From: Candidatus Dadabacteria bacterium
GTDB taxonomy: Bacteria; Desulfobacterota_D; UBA1144; Nemesobacterales; JADFKM01
Assembly (NCBI GenBank): GCA_022564935.1
Contig: JADFKM010000001.1
Location: forward strand, 464-64,463
Direction: 5' to 3'
Length of the DNA stretch: 64,000 nucleotides
Below the pieces are notes generated by a model, which made no database searches, had not been told where the DNA came from, and worked only from the letters and a program-made list of their open reading frames with translations. Positions 46,297-55,335 of this stretch are shown here, in pieces; the first letter of the stretch is position 1; each line of letters opens with the position of its first letter. Both the position numbers and the translations under genes were made by a program.

Positions 46297-47367
46297 TTGA
46301 CGGGTATGAATTCAGCTCCGCTCGGCTCAAAGCTTTTATTCCTGCTGTGTTTTTTCTGCATTGCACTGCCGCCCGTTTACGCCTTTTCGCTGACGATGGA
46401 AGGACATGGGGTGTCGTCTCTACAAGATAGCAATGCGCTACGGGCAAGGGAGGATGCCCTGGGCTTTGCGTTGAGCTCGGTCGTCACACAAGCGGCCGAG
46501 ATGCTTTCCCCCGGCATCGACCCCATCTTTGCTAAAAGACTTGGCAGCGGGGACGTTAGATCTTACATCAAGAGCTACAGGATTCAGCACGAATATAATT
46601 CCGGCACCGAGTACAAGGTCTGGGTCGAGGCCGATGTAGACACCCTCAAGCTGGGGAGCCGTATACGCGGGGTTTTGACCAGACCATCATATAAGACGGG
46701 CAAGCCCACCGTTTCAATAACTGTTTTCAACGATGCGGCGGTTTCCAAGAGTTTTTCCAGGGCTCAGATAAAAAGGGAGATAGCCGTTACGTTAATCGGC
46801 AACGGTTATACGGTCCTGCGCGGCGGCGGCCAGATCCAGCTTATAGCGCATGTCGGCGTCAAAAAGCAAATGAGCAGGGTCGGAGGGAGTGAAGAGCTCC
46901 ACCATACCCTGAGCACCGTGCTGATAAAGGCCGTCGGCGCTAACGGGCAAGATTTAACGCAGGTGAGTGAAAGCGCCTATCTGGTTGGAAAGGATGCGCG
47001 TGACATCACATCCGCCTCCCTCAGGAAAGCCGCCAAGGGAGCTGCCGGGAAGCTCCTCAAAGAGCTTGAGGTCTTGGTGCTGCGCGCCGGTAGCGGGAAG
47101 GGGGGTTTCGAGCTCGCCTTTTGGGGGGTCATGAGCTACAGGCACTACCGGCAGCTCGATTCGATTCTTTCTAAATCGCTCCTGGGAGTAGACGCCGTTG
47201 AGAAGAGGGTATTCAAAAACAGCAGGGTGTCTTTCATCGTAGCGCTGAGCGTAGAGCCGGAGGAGTTCGCAAGGGTACTTACGGGCCTCAATATGATTGA
47301 TTTTTCCCTCATACTGGAAGGCATTCACAAGAACAGGATCGATTTCACCCTTATTCCCAAAAGGTAG
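46297..47367 (+). CDS. Hypothetical secreted protein (356 aa)
   Basis: N-terminal signal peptide; no assignable motif. Confidence 0.5.
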   Translation: MTGMNSAPLGSKLLFLLCFFCIALPPVYAFSLTMEGHGVSSLQDSNALRAREDALGFALSSVVTQAAEMLSPGIDPIFAKRLGSGDVRSYIKSYRIQHEYNSGTEYKVWVEADVDTLKLGSRIRGVLTRPSYKTGKPTVSITVFNDAAVSKSFSRAQIKREIAVTLIGNGYTVLRGGGQIQLIAHVGVKKQMSRVGGSEELHHTLSTVLIKAVGANGQDLTQVSESAYLVGKDARDITSASLRKAAKGAAGKLLKELEVLVLRAGSGKGGFELAFWGVMSYRHYRQLDSILSKSLLGVDAVEKRVFKNSRVSFIVALSVEPEEFARVLTGLNMIDFSLILEGIHKNRIDFTLIPKR

Positions 47368-48509
47368 CGGTGGTTGTGTTGAGGGGGCGTGCCCTTTGCC
47401 CTGATTTTGATGCTTGTGGGGTGATTAATCTACTTCGCCGCGTCCATGCTGCTCATTGAATAGGCCGTCCTTTCCCCTTAGGAAATGCCGCAGCGCTCTT
47501 CGGTGTGGAACAGATTTTCGAGTTCGTCCTCGAATCCCTCACGGGTTTAGTCCGGGAAGTTGTTCTCTCGCCTAAAGAGCATAAGCTTCATTTTAGAGTC
47601 TGTCTTGGGAATAAATCCGGTCATGAGCTATTTGACCTCAGAGGACGGGCAAGCCTTTTTCCCATGCCAGCTCAGGATGTAGTCGAGGGTGTTTCCGAAG
47701 GGCCTTTTTGTCCCTGAAGCCGCTTCCAGCTCGGCGGTCAACTCCTTAAGCCTTTCGGCCGAAGCGATTAACAAGCTCAAATCGCACCTTAAGCATCCGC
47801 CCAGAGTAGAGTGGCGAGAATCTGCGTCAATATGTAGTCGGCCTCTTTTGATTTCTCCATTGCCTTGCCGCAGGCCTTCATTTCAGTATGTGAGCAGTTC
47901 TGCAGATAGTATTCCGCCGTGTTTAAGCGTGTATTGAAAAGCACCCGATACAGATGTATTGCACACAGTAAGTGGCGAAGTATTGTAGGAGCCCGGTTTC
48001 AGGGGCTGCTTCGTTATGGAGCCGCTCTTTGCTCAAATATATCAAATCACACTCGCAGCTTATTGTAAAGGAGGAAAAAAAGTAGGGGGAAGAGCCCTCG
48101 GGAAAGCCCTCCCCACTGGGGGGTCATCGACAAACGACTTGTTGAGTCAATCGGAGGGATTCTCTCCTCTCATAGTTCTATTCCTATTCTCCGCACTCGA
48201 TTTCAACCTGTGCGTTTCCTTGTATCTCAAAGTCTTCTATTGAGCAGGAGGCTCCAGAGACTTCCACTTCGGCGTTGCCCATGACTCTTATGTCCCGTTC
48301 TTCACCATCGATGCTGACACTGTCGCTTTCTGCCTGTGGAGTCGGTGAAAGTGCTGCTTTGAACCCCTATGAGTTTCGGCTCGATGTCGAGGCTCAGGGG
48401 GAAGCCCAGTATGAACACCCTCTTTATTAAATATAAGGGTAGCCGGCCGTTGTTATCAACCGTTAAATACCGGTCTTCTTATACTGAAGGGTTTATTCTT
48501 CACGGCCCC

Positions 48510-49052
48510 TCACTCTTCGATAAAAAGTGAAACGACACAGGCCGTAAGTGCGAGGGCGGCCATAATGGAAAAAATGGCGTTAAAGCCGAATTTCATCGCC
48601 AGCAGTCCGCCCAGCGCTGCCGCAATGCCTTCGAATATAGACCTGTAGCCGAAGAAGTCTGAATATATCTTCCTTTCCATCCCCTTCTTGAGCGAGGTGG
48701 CGATTACCGCGCTCCAGGACGGGGTGATTATGACCTCTCCGAAGGCAAGCAGGGCTTGGATGCCGAATACGTGAAACGGGCTCGAGGCCATTAGGTAGAG
48801 CAGGTAGCAAATGAAGAAGACAAAATACCCCGATGATATCATAAACCTCTTTGAGAGGATGCGCTCCCTTAAGTTGCTGAGCAGAAAATACAGTACCCCC
48901 CTGAGGACTGCGTAGATGCCTATGGCGGTGCCAGCGTCTAATAGCGAGCCTCCTATGTCTTTTATAAAGATCGCATAAATTGGGGCAAACAGGTTTACGC
49001 CCGAGTGTAAGAGGATCGAGGAGCCCAGTAGTATCTTGATGTTCCTGCTCAT
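48510..49052 (-). pseudogene. Truncated MFS-type transporter (N-terminal 6 TM only)
   Basis: 180 aa carrying about 6 TM helices in MFS-like arrangement. No C-terminal half in any frame downstream; the adjacent 1.1 kb lacks intact ORFs. Confidence 0.45.
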
Positions 49053-49216
49053 CTAAATGAGCCTTGAAGTGTAACATAAATCAAGCTCGCAGCCGGTGGA
49101 TGTGAGAATGGCATGGCGGGGCTCTCCTTACGGGTATGATGTCATCCGCCGTTTAGGGGCATTGCCCTGAGGGGTACTTGCGCATAGCGCCCGCGGTAAA
49201 TATAATTGTTTATTGT

Positions 49217-49690
49217 ATGAAGAACATATTACTCGCCGTGGCAGTAGTCCTGATCTTGAGCTTCCTTCCAGGATGCGGCGACGAATTTGAAGATCCGGAG
49301 AGGAACTACATTATAAATCTCAAGGTCCTGGTCAGGGCCATTGAAGGAACCTTTAACGAGCTCGATAAATCAATAGACAACATTTCATCGATGCCGAAAG
49401 CTGAGTGCAAGTCGGAGTTCGGGGCCTTTGAAAGGGATTTTAAAAGGCTTACCGGCGTGTCCAGCCGCATTGTATCGAAAGCCGAGGAATCGAAGACGAT
49501 ACGAACCCACATCGACGGCGCGCTCAGGTACTCGCTCGCAGCAAGCACTAGGGCAAGGGCTGCCTGCGACGGGTTGGCTTCTATCGGATTCGGGAGTTCT
49601 CGCCCGCTCGACGAGGCCGGGGAGAATATCGAGAAGGCGCGCGCCGAGCTTGAGTCGGTGGTAACCACCGTTGAAAAACTGAAGCTGTGA
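49217..49690 (+). CDS. Hypothetical lipoprotein
   Basis: MKNILLAVAVVLILSFLPGCG lipobox, then an alpha-helical body. Followed by the hairpin CCCCTCATcATGAGGGG. Confidence 0.5.
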   Translation: MKNILLAVAVVLILSFLPGCGDEFEDPERNYIINLKVLVRAIEGTFNELDKSIDNISSMPKAECKSEFGAFERDFKRLTGVSSRIVSKAEESKTIRTHIDGALRYSLAASTRARAACDGLASIGFGSSRPLDEAGENIEKARAELESVVTTVEKLKL

Positions 49691-50173
49691 GTTCCCCTCA
49701 TCATGAGGGGTCATTAACGCTCACCAATACTGCGAATTACCCCTCCGGTTTTCTTTCAGCTCACTTGTTTGCTGCTTGCGCGTCCCCCGCTCGCCTTATG
49801 ATTGGGGGAGGTCGGGTTGGATTTTTTTTTGCCGAATTAAACTTCAATTTTCCGGTTTCCATAGTAGACTTCTACGTAACGAAACGGGGTGTTGAATGGG
49901 CGAATCTGCGTTTATGAAAAAATACCTCCTGATTGCGCTTTCACTCGCCCTGTATATGTGCCCATCGGGGTTTTGCCTTGCGGCGCAGAGCAAAGGTGAC
50001 CCGGTCCGGAGCGGCGGCTGCAAGTAGAGGCCCCCCGAGAAGCTCATCCCGGCTCTGGGGTTTCAGCTCGGCATGTGCCGGGGGGAAGTCAACAAACACC
50101 TAAAAAAGCTTGATGACGAGCACCCCTTTGATTTGTCTTTGTAACGGCGACAAAACCCGATATAATCAACCCT

Positions 50174-50404
50174 ATGGAGCCTGAAGACATCAAGCGTATG
50201 ATCGAGGACGCCTTCCCGCAGGATACCGTCGAGGTCGAGGGTGACGGGCAGCACTTCCAGGCCCTTGTAGTTTCCTCACAGTTCGAAGGCAAGGGGCTGC
50301 TTGAGCGCCACAAGATGGTGTATGCTGCGCTTGGTGAGAACATGGCCGAGCGCATCCACGCACTCTCACTCAAGACCCTTACTCCCGAGCAGTGGGAAGG
50401 ATGA
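50174..50404 (+). CDS. bolA: BolA-family protein
   Basis: 76 aa with a BolA-like core. The usual bolA-grx pairing is present. Confidence 0.7.
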   Translation: MEPEDIKRMIEDAFPQDTVEVEGDGQHFQALVVSSQFEGKGLLERHKMVYAALGENMAERIHALSLKTLTPEQWEG

Positions 50405-50455
50405 AGCAGGCTGTGCCGTCTAAGCGGGCCTGCTCCATGCTCGAAACATTCCCTT

Positions 50456-50487
50456 AGCGGCGGCCGCCTCCGCAGCAGCCGCTTTTT
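50456..50487 (+). terminator. Candidate rho-independent terminator after bolA (GC hairpin plus T5)
   Basis: agcggcggccgcctccgcagcagccgcTTTTT. Confidence 0.3.
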
Positions 50488-50593
50488 ATACACCCGCCTA
50501 AATGTTCGTCATTAAAAAGCAGATTGCGATTTGGGTCTAAGCGTTGTAATATACTTAGGTAAGCGAAATATATTAGTCTAAGGGGGAACCGTC

Positions 50594-50917
50594 ATGTCTG
50601 AAGATATAGTGAGCAAGATTCAGTCACAAATAAACGAAAACGACATCATCATCTACATGAAAGGCACCCCGGAGATGCCACAGTGCGGCTTCTCCGCCCA
50701 GACGGTCGGCCTGTTCAAGTCGTACGGCGTGCCCTTCACCTCGGTCGATGTCCTCGAAGACCCCGAAATAAGGCAGTCCATAAAGGAGTTCTCCAACTGG
50801 CCCACCATCCCGCAGGTCTACATAAAGGGGCAGTTCGTAGGCGGCTGCGACATTTGCAACGAGATGCACGCAAGCGGCGAGCTTGAAAAGATGGCGAAGA
50901 GCGCAGTAGCGGGCTGA
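50594..50917 (+). CDS. grxD: Monothiol glutaredoxin (Grx4 family)
   Basis: CGFS active site (MPQCGFSAQTV), WPTIPQVYIKGQFVGGCD. Confidence 0.9.
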   Translation: MSEDIVSKIQSQINENDIIIYMKGTPEMPQCGFSAQTVGLFKSYGVPFTSVDVLEDPEIRQSIKEFSNWPTIPQVYIKGQFVGGCDICNEMHASGELEKMAKSAVAG

Positions 50918-50983
50918 AGCAGCGCTGCGTAGAAGCTCATAGCCCGCTTCGAAGTGGGACGGTCTGATGATGGAGCGTGGGCT

Positions 50984-51301
50984 TTAGAGGTCGGTTTCTG
51001 TTATTTCGAACTTTGTCCTTAGAAACATTATCAGCTCGGTAAGAGCTTCTCTCATAGACAACGTTAGTGCGGTCTTTCCGTACCTTCCCTCTACCACGTA
51101 ATCGAAATCCGCCGTCACGTGGTACTCGGATAGATCCTCTCCCGCGATGGTAGTCGAATCGCTGAGGATCTGATGGTATTGCGTTACAAGCTTATCGGAA
51201 ACGGGAGCGGAATCCTCTGAGGGGAGTGAGTACCGCATCGCCTTAAGCTCCGCGTACCGCACCTTCAATTCGTTCCTCTGTTCTTCAGTCAGCTCCGCCA
51301 T
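50984..51301 (-). CDS. Hypothetical 105-aa protein; paralog of the N-terminal domain of the next gene
   Basis: MAELTEEQRNELKVRYAELKA...LP...VS..V..Y..L aligns collinearly with residues 1-105 of the 240-aa neighbour. The same promoter-like repeat (AATCTATAATAGCATA) lies 55-75 nt upstream. Confidence 0.6.
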   Translation of the reverse strand: MAELTEEQRNELKVRYAELKAMRYSLPSEDSAPVSDKLVTQYHQILSDSTTIAGEDLSEYHVTADFDYVVEGRYGKTALTLSMREALTELIMFLRTKFEITETDL

Positions 51302-51355
51302 GGTTAGCCCCCTGCATAATGCTTTACATCGGTTATCTATATTGAGTTCCCGCTT

Positions 51356-51377
51356 CGAATCTATAATAGCATAGAAG
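51356..51377 (-). promoter_or_regulatory. Promoter-like repeat copy 1 (CGAATCTATAATAGCATAGAAG)
   Basis: Same 17/21-nt element and same spacing (about 55 nt) upstream of both paralogous ATGs; contains a TATAAT-like hexamer. Confidence 0.45.
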
Positions 51378-51417
51378 ATGTGAAAACAGAGTAAAAGTGT
51401 GTCAGAATTTTATCGTC

Positions 51418-52140
51418 TTATTTACTTTCCCTCACCTTAGTTTCATTCAAAATATCCAGTAGTATGTCAATAAAAGCCAGTATTTTCATTGCATCCTCTC
51501 TGGAAAACTGGTCTGAGAGCTTGTGATGGGTTTCGCCTCTAAAACTTAACATCGTACCCCTATAAAGCTGGTAAAAACCTTCTTGTTCGGATGGGGTACC
51601 ATCTATAACTAGTAAGCCCCTTGTATTATGAAGAACTGTGTTAACTAATTTTACTCCCACCTCTGTTAAGTCAGGGTCTGCTAAATTTCTAATTCTGTGT
51701 TCTAATATGGTGGTTGCTTCTCGTATTACTCTGTCAAAATTTTCTTGGGCTGATAAAAGGTCGATGCATCTTTCCTTTAACTCATTATCCTTGATTATCT
51801 TAATGATATTTCCTATTCCAACAATTGGTTTACTTTCTACTGATTCGAATTCTATGTTAATCAGTGCAATTAGTTGTCTAAGAATCGATTTAAATGATAG
51901 ATTAAAATAACGTCTAACAAGTTTTCTTCCAGTGGTGTATTCAGCATCTGGTTTAATTTTGAATTGTGAGAAATCTTTCTCAGATACACTTTCCAAATCT
52001 TTAAGAAGTCTAAAATAGCTATTAACGATTTGGTTAGATACCATTTCGGTTTCTTTTTGGGGCAGTGTGTCATCTATTGCTCTTAGCTGAGCAAATATAA
52101 TTTTTAATTTTTTGTGCTGCTCTTCAGACAACTCTGCCAT
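51418..52140 (-). CDS. Low-GC gene: N-terminal domain shared with the upstream paralog plus a C-terminal HEPN/Ymh (TIGR02391-like) domain. Abi- or toxin-like.
   Basis: MAELSEEQHKKLKIIFAQLRA... N-domain. The C-terminus (VIREATTILEHRIRNLA...GVKLVNTVLH...EQEGFYQLYRGTMLSFRGETHHK...DAMKILAFIDILLDIL) has the HEPN Rx4-6H motif (RGETHH) in Ymh-like context. A GCGCATATGCGC palindrome lies upstream. Confidence 0.6.
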   Translation of the reverse strand: MAELSEEQHKKLKIIFAQLRAIDDTLPQKETEMVSNQIVNSYFRLLKDLESVSEKDFSQFKIKPDAEYTTGRKLVRRYFNLSFKSILRQLIALINIEFESVESKPIVGIGNIIKIIKDNELKERCIDLLSAQENFDRVIREATTILEHRIRNLADPDLTEVGVKLVNTVLHNTRGLLVIDGTPSEQEGFYQLYRGTMLSFRGETHHKLSDQFSREDAMKILAFIDILLDILNETKVRESK

Positions 52141-52172
52141 TGCAAAACCCCTTCTTACAAATTAAGTCAGTT

Positions 52173-52184
52173 GCGCATATGCGC
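52173..52184 (-). promoter_or_regulatory. 12-bp perfect palindrome GCGCATATGCGC between the promoter repeat and the SD of the HEPN-like gene. Candidate operator.
   Basis: Visible perfect palindrome; absent from the paralog's upstream region. Confidence 0.4.
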
Positions 52185-52192
52185 TCCTACTA

Positions 52193-52213
52193 CAAATCTA
52201 TAATAGCATAAAG
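52193..52213 (-). promoter_or_regulatory. Promoter-like repeat copy 2 (CAAATCTATAATAGCATAAAG)
   Basis: See copy 1. Confidence 0.45.
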
Positions 52214-52286
52214 TGCTACCATGTTTGAATAGTCCGTGGAAAGAAAGAGTGAGTAAGCGGGGTGAGAGAATTCGTCCCGGATTGAC

Positions 52287-53141
52287 TCACCGCTGCGGGC
52301 AAGGTCTGGTCTCGCCGCATATCTTGGCGCCCTTCATAGTCCGCAGGTAGGCCAGTATTGCGTTAAGCTCCATCTCGGAAAGGTCGCCGAAGGCGGGCAT
52401 ACCGCTCCGCGCCCTGAAGCCGGGGGCGTTGCGGATGAACTGGCGCAGCATCCCCTCCTTCCAGTACTCCGTCACATTATGGGGCACATTTAGCTCCGGC
52501 CCCACCGTGCCGCCCACTAGATTAACAGTGTGGCACATCAGGCAGCGGGTCTTGAACAGCGTCATTCCCCTGTAGACCACCGACGTCTTGGGCACTCTCG
52601 GCACGGCGGCGGTGTAGTATTCCATATAGGGCATAACGCTTATGGACTGGAGCTCGTAGGGCCAGTGGTAGCGTTTGTCCTTATGAGAAACCCCCTCCCA
52701 CACGAGGTAGAACGGGGCGGGTGAGACGGTTTTGCCGCCCTGCATGACTGGCATCCAGTCCTTGCCCTTCGGCGCGTTGAGGTCGCGCACGGCTATAACG
52801 CCGCGCTTTTTGAGGGCGTCGTCGAGGGACATCACGGGGGTGTATCCGTCGGCGCAGTGGAACACAAGCTCGCCGCCGGCTTTGCGAATCTTCTCTATAT
52901 CCGGCACAGTCCTCAGCAGCGCCTCAAGCGGGTAGCCCATGTAGCGCTTCTTCTTGCCGTACGCCGGGTCGTCTGCGATGACAACTTCCACGAGGGGTTT
53001 AAGCCTGCCCTGGTTCTTCAGCATCTGTATGTCTATTACCGCATACGGGTCTGCGTGTGCGGCCATGCCCGCACCGAAGCACAGCGCGAACACTACGGCG
53101 AGCAACGCAAGGCCTTCTATACTCCAAAACTTATAAATCAT
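52287..53141 (-). CDS. Periplasmic c-type cytochrome domain protein
   Basis: Signal peptide plus a CLMCH heme-binding motif (CxxCH) in the C-terminal third. The N-terminal domain is unassigned. Confidence 0.6.
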   Translation of the reverse strand: MIYKFWSIEGLALLAVVFALCFGAGMAAHADPYAVIDIQMLKNQGRLKPLVEVVIADDPAYGKKKRYMGYPLEALLRTVPDIEKIRKAGGELVFHCADGYTPVMSLDDALKKRGVIAVRDLNAPKGKDWMPVMQGGKTVSPAPFYLVWEGVSHKDKRYHWPYELQSISVMPYMEYYTAAVPRVPKTSVVYRGMTLFKTRCLMCHTVNLVGGTVGPELNVPHNVTEYWKEGMLRQFIRNAPGFRARSGMPAFGDLSEMELNAILAYLRTMKGAKICGETRPCPQR

Positions 53142-53153
53142 ATTTAACTCCTC

Positions 53154-53348
53154 TCAATTTCTCGGCTTCCATATCCACTTGTCCGTTTTGTCGATGAAGC
53201 CCCATTTGTCCTTTATAAGCACGGCAGCAAGATCTTCGGAAAATCTCGGAAGAGAGTGAATGATAGATTTGTATGCGCATGCCGGGTAGCTGAAATATAG
53301 AACGCTAACGGCAAGAGTAACGAGGAATAAAGAGGTTGTTTTTCTCAT
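53154..53348 (-). CDS. Small secreted hypothetical protein (64 aa), 12 nt upstream of the cytochrome gene
   Basis: Signal peptide MRKTTSLFLVTLAVSVLYFSYPACA. Confidence 0.4.
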   Translation of the reverse strand: MRKTTSLFLVTLAVSVLYFSYPACAYKSIIHSLPRFSEDLAAVLIKDKWGFIDKTDKWIWKPRN

Positions 53349-53487
53349 GGTACGCCCCTTACTGCCCGGTTCTTTAAAGTATAGCGCAATATACGGCTCA
53401 AAATCTGCGGGATGTTAGCGGAGGGAGGTAGTTGTAGGGAGAAGAGATTGACTTCGCCGGAATTGTGACTAAGCTATTAGTGTAGCT

Positions 53488-53898
53488 ATGAAGTACCTCA
53501 GCTTTCTCATAGTGTTGAGCGTGTTTGCGTGCTACGGCGACCTTTGCCCGAAGGTGTACGCCTCGGCGCCGTCCCACCATTCCACAGAAATGGGAGACGC
53601 ATTGCACACCTCCCAACATCCCGCGCACATGGACATGGGGCTTGCCGCTTCGCATGACGTGAGCATGGATACACGTTCCCACTCAGAGCAGTGCGATAGC
53701 TGTCAAGATGCCCTCCTCGGCTCTACGGATAAAACGGACTGGAGCCTGTTTCCGGCTCAGGCCATACTTCATACCGCAGTTGCCGGAATAGACGCCACGG
53801 GGTTAAACGCAGCTCACGGGTACCTGATGAAAACCCCACTTATAAGGAAACACGCCCCTCCTGAGTTATTCCTGAATAACTCCACCTTCCTGCTTTAA
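53488..53898 (+). CDS. Secreted His/Met-rich putative metal-binding protein
   Basis: Signal peptide, then SAPSHHSTEMGDALHTSQHPAHMDMGLAASHDVSMDTRSHSEQCDSC. Sits immediately upstream of the RND metal-efflux operon. Confidence 0.5.
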   Translation: MKYLSFLIVLSVFACYGDLCPKVYASAPSHHSTEMGDALHTSQHPAHMDMGLAASHDVSMDTRSHSEQCDSCQDALLGSTDKTDWSLFPAQAILHTAVAGIDATGLNAAHGYLMKTPLIRKHAPPELFLNNSTFLL

Positions 53899-54005
53899 TC
53901 CTTTTCCCACCCACGTGTTTTGTGCGGCGCACCGCTGTTTGAGTATCTGTGCGTCCGCTGTGTTTTGTCTTGGAAAAAAATATTTTGGGAAAAGAGAGAA
54001 AAGCC

Positions 54006-55328
54006 ATGAATGTTCTGAAGAATTTTGGATATAAGACACTGAAGCTTCTGCCGGCGGCGGCGCTGCTGGTTGCGTTTACGGCCCGCGCCCCGCTCTCGGC
54101 AGAGGTGGAGACCCCCGAGTCACAAGAATCAATAGAGTCACTGGAGTCCCTCGTAGAGGAGGCCCTTCGCAACAACCCGGAGATAAAAGCGGAAAGAGCC
54201 AGATGGGAGGCCTCTACAAAGCGTCCGTCACAGGAGGGCGCGCTGCCAAATCCTACCATAGGCGTAAGATTCAAGAATGTAGGACTTACGGACATAACCC
54301 AGGGAGAAGACCCTAGAACGGATATACAGGCCTTTATGAGTCAGGAGATACCATTTCCCGGCAAACTGTCTCTCAAAGCAGAAGTCGCCCGGGAGCAATC
54401 AGAAGCCCAAAGGTGGATATACGATGTGGTCGCCAGGAGAGTCAAGGCCGATCTTAAAGTGGCTTATCACGACTGGTTCCTGGCTAGTAAATCTATAGAG
54501 ATCACTCTTAAGAATAAAGACCTTATCGGAAAATTCTTAAAAATCGCCGAAGTAAAATACTCCGTTGGAGAAGGAATACAGCAAGATGTGCTTAAAGCTC
54601 AGGTTGAACTATCGAGATTTATAGAGCAGCTAGAGCTTCTCGGAGAGAAAAAGGGCATCGAAGAGGCCAAGCTGAGAAGCATTTTGAATCGTCCGCCCGA
54701 CTCTCCCCTTGGGGAGCCGGAAGAAGTAGAAAAATCTCTTTTTATTCTGACTGAAGACGAGATATACGCGCTTACTCAAGAGAAGGCGCCCCTTCTCAAA
54801 TCAAAGGAAAGACTGATCGAGAGTAAGAAAAGGGGCTTGGATCTGGCCAAGAAGCAATATTTCCCCGACTTTATCGTACAAGCCACCTACTTTAACCGTG
54901 ACGGTGGCGACGGTAATCTCTCGGACTTGTGGCAGGTGGGACTGGAGATGAAGGTTCCTCTGTACTTCTGGAGGAAGGAGAAATTCGGAGTTGATGAGGC
55001 GGTTTCTCGGTTGCAGGCTGCGCGGGAGGATTATTCAAGCGCGAACCAATCGCTGTTTTTCGTAGTAAAAGATCATTTCCTGGTCTTAAAGACCTCTGAG
55101 AATCTTCTCGAGCTTTTTGAGCAAGGCTTGATTCCACAAGCCTCCTTGTCCCTTGAGTCGGCAATAGCAGGTTATCGGGTTGGGAATATAGATTTTCTTA
55201 CACTCCTGGATAACCTCATAACACTTTTTAACTTTGAACTCACATACTACACCTACCTTACAAACTATCAGAATGCATTGGCAAGGATTGAAGAGGTTAT
55301 CGGCATAGATATTACTGGGGATAAGTGA
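54006..55328 (+). CDS. Outer-membrane efflux protein (TolC family; CusC/CzcC-like)
   Basis: Signal peptide. Two OEP repeats with coiled coils (LEEALRNNPEIKA...; IESKKRGLDLAKKQYFPDF). Confidence 0.8.
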   Translation: MNVLKNFGYKTLKLLPAAALLVAFTARAPLSAEVETPESQESIESLESLVEEALRNNPEIKAERARWEASTKRPSQEGALPNPTIGVRFKNVGLTDITQGEDPRTDIQAFMSQEIPFPGKLSLKAEVAREQSEAQRWIYDVVARRVKADLKVAYHDWFLASKSIEITLKNKDLIGKFLKIAEVKYSVGEGIQQDVLKAQVELSRFIEQLELLGEKKGIEEAKLRSILNRPPDSPLGEPEEVEKSLFILTEDEIYALTQEKAPLLKSKERLIESKKRGLDLAKKQYFPDFIVQATYFNRDGGDGNLSDLWQVGLEMKVPLYFWRKEKFGVDEAVSRLQAAREDYSSANQSLFFVVKDHFLVLKTSENLLELFEQGLIPQASLSLESAIAGYRVGNIDFLTLLDNLITLFNFELTYYTYLTNYQNALARIEEVIGIDITGDK

Positions 55329-55335
55329 GAGGGAT

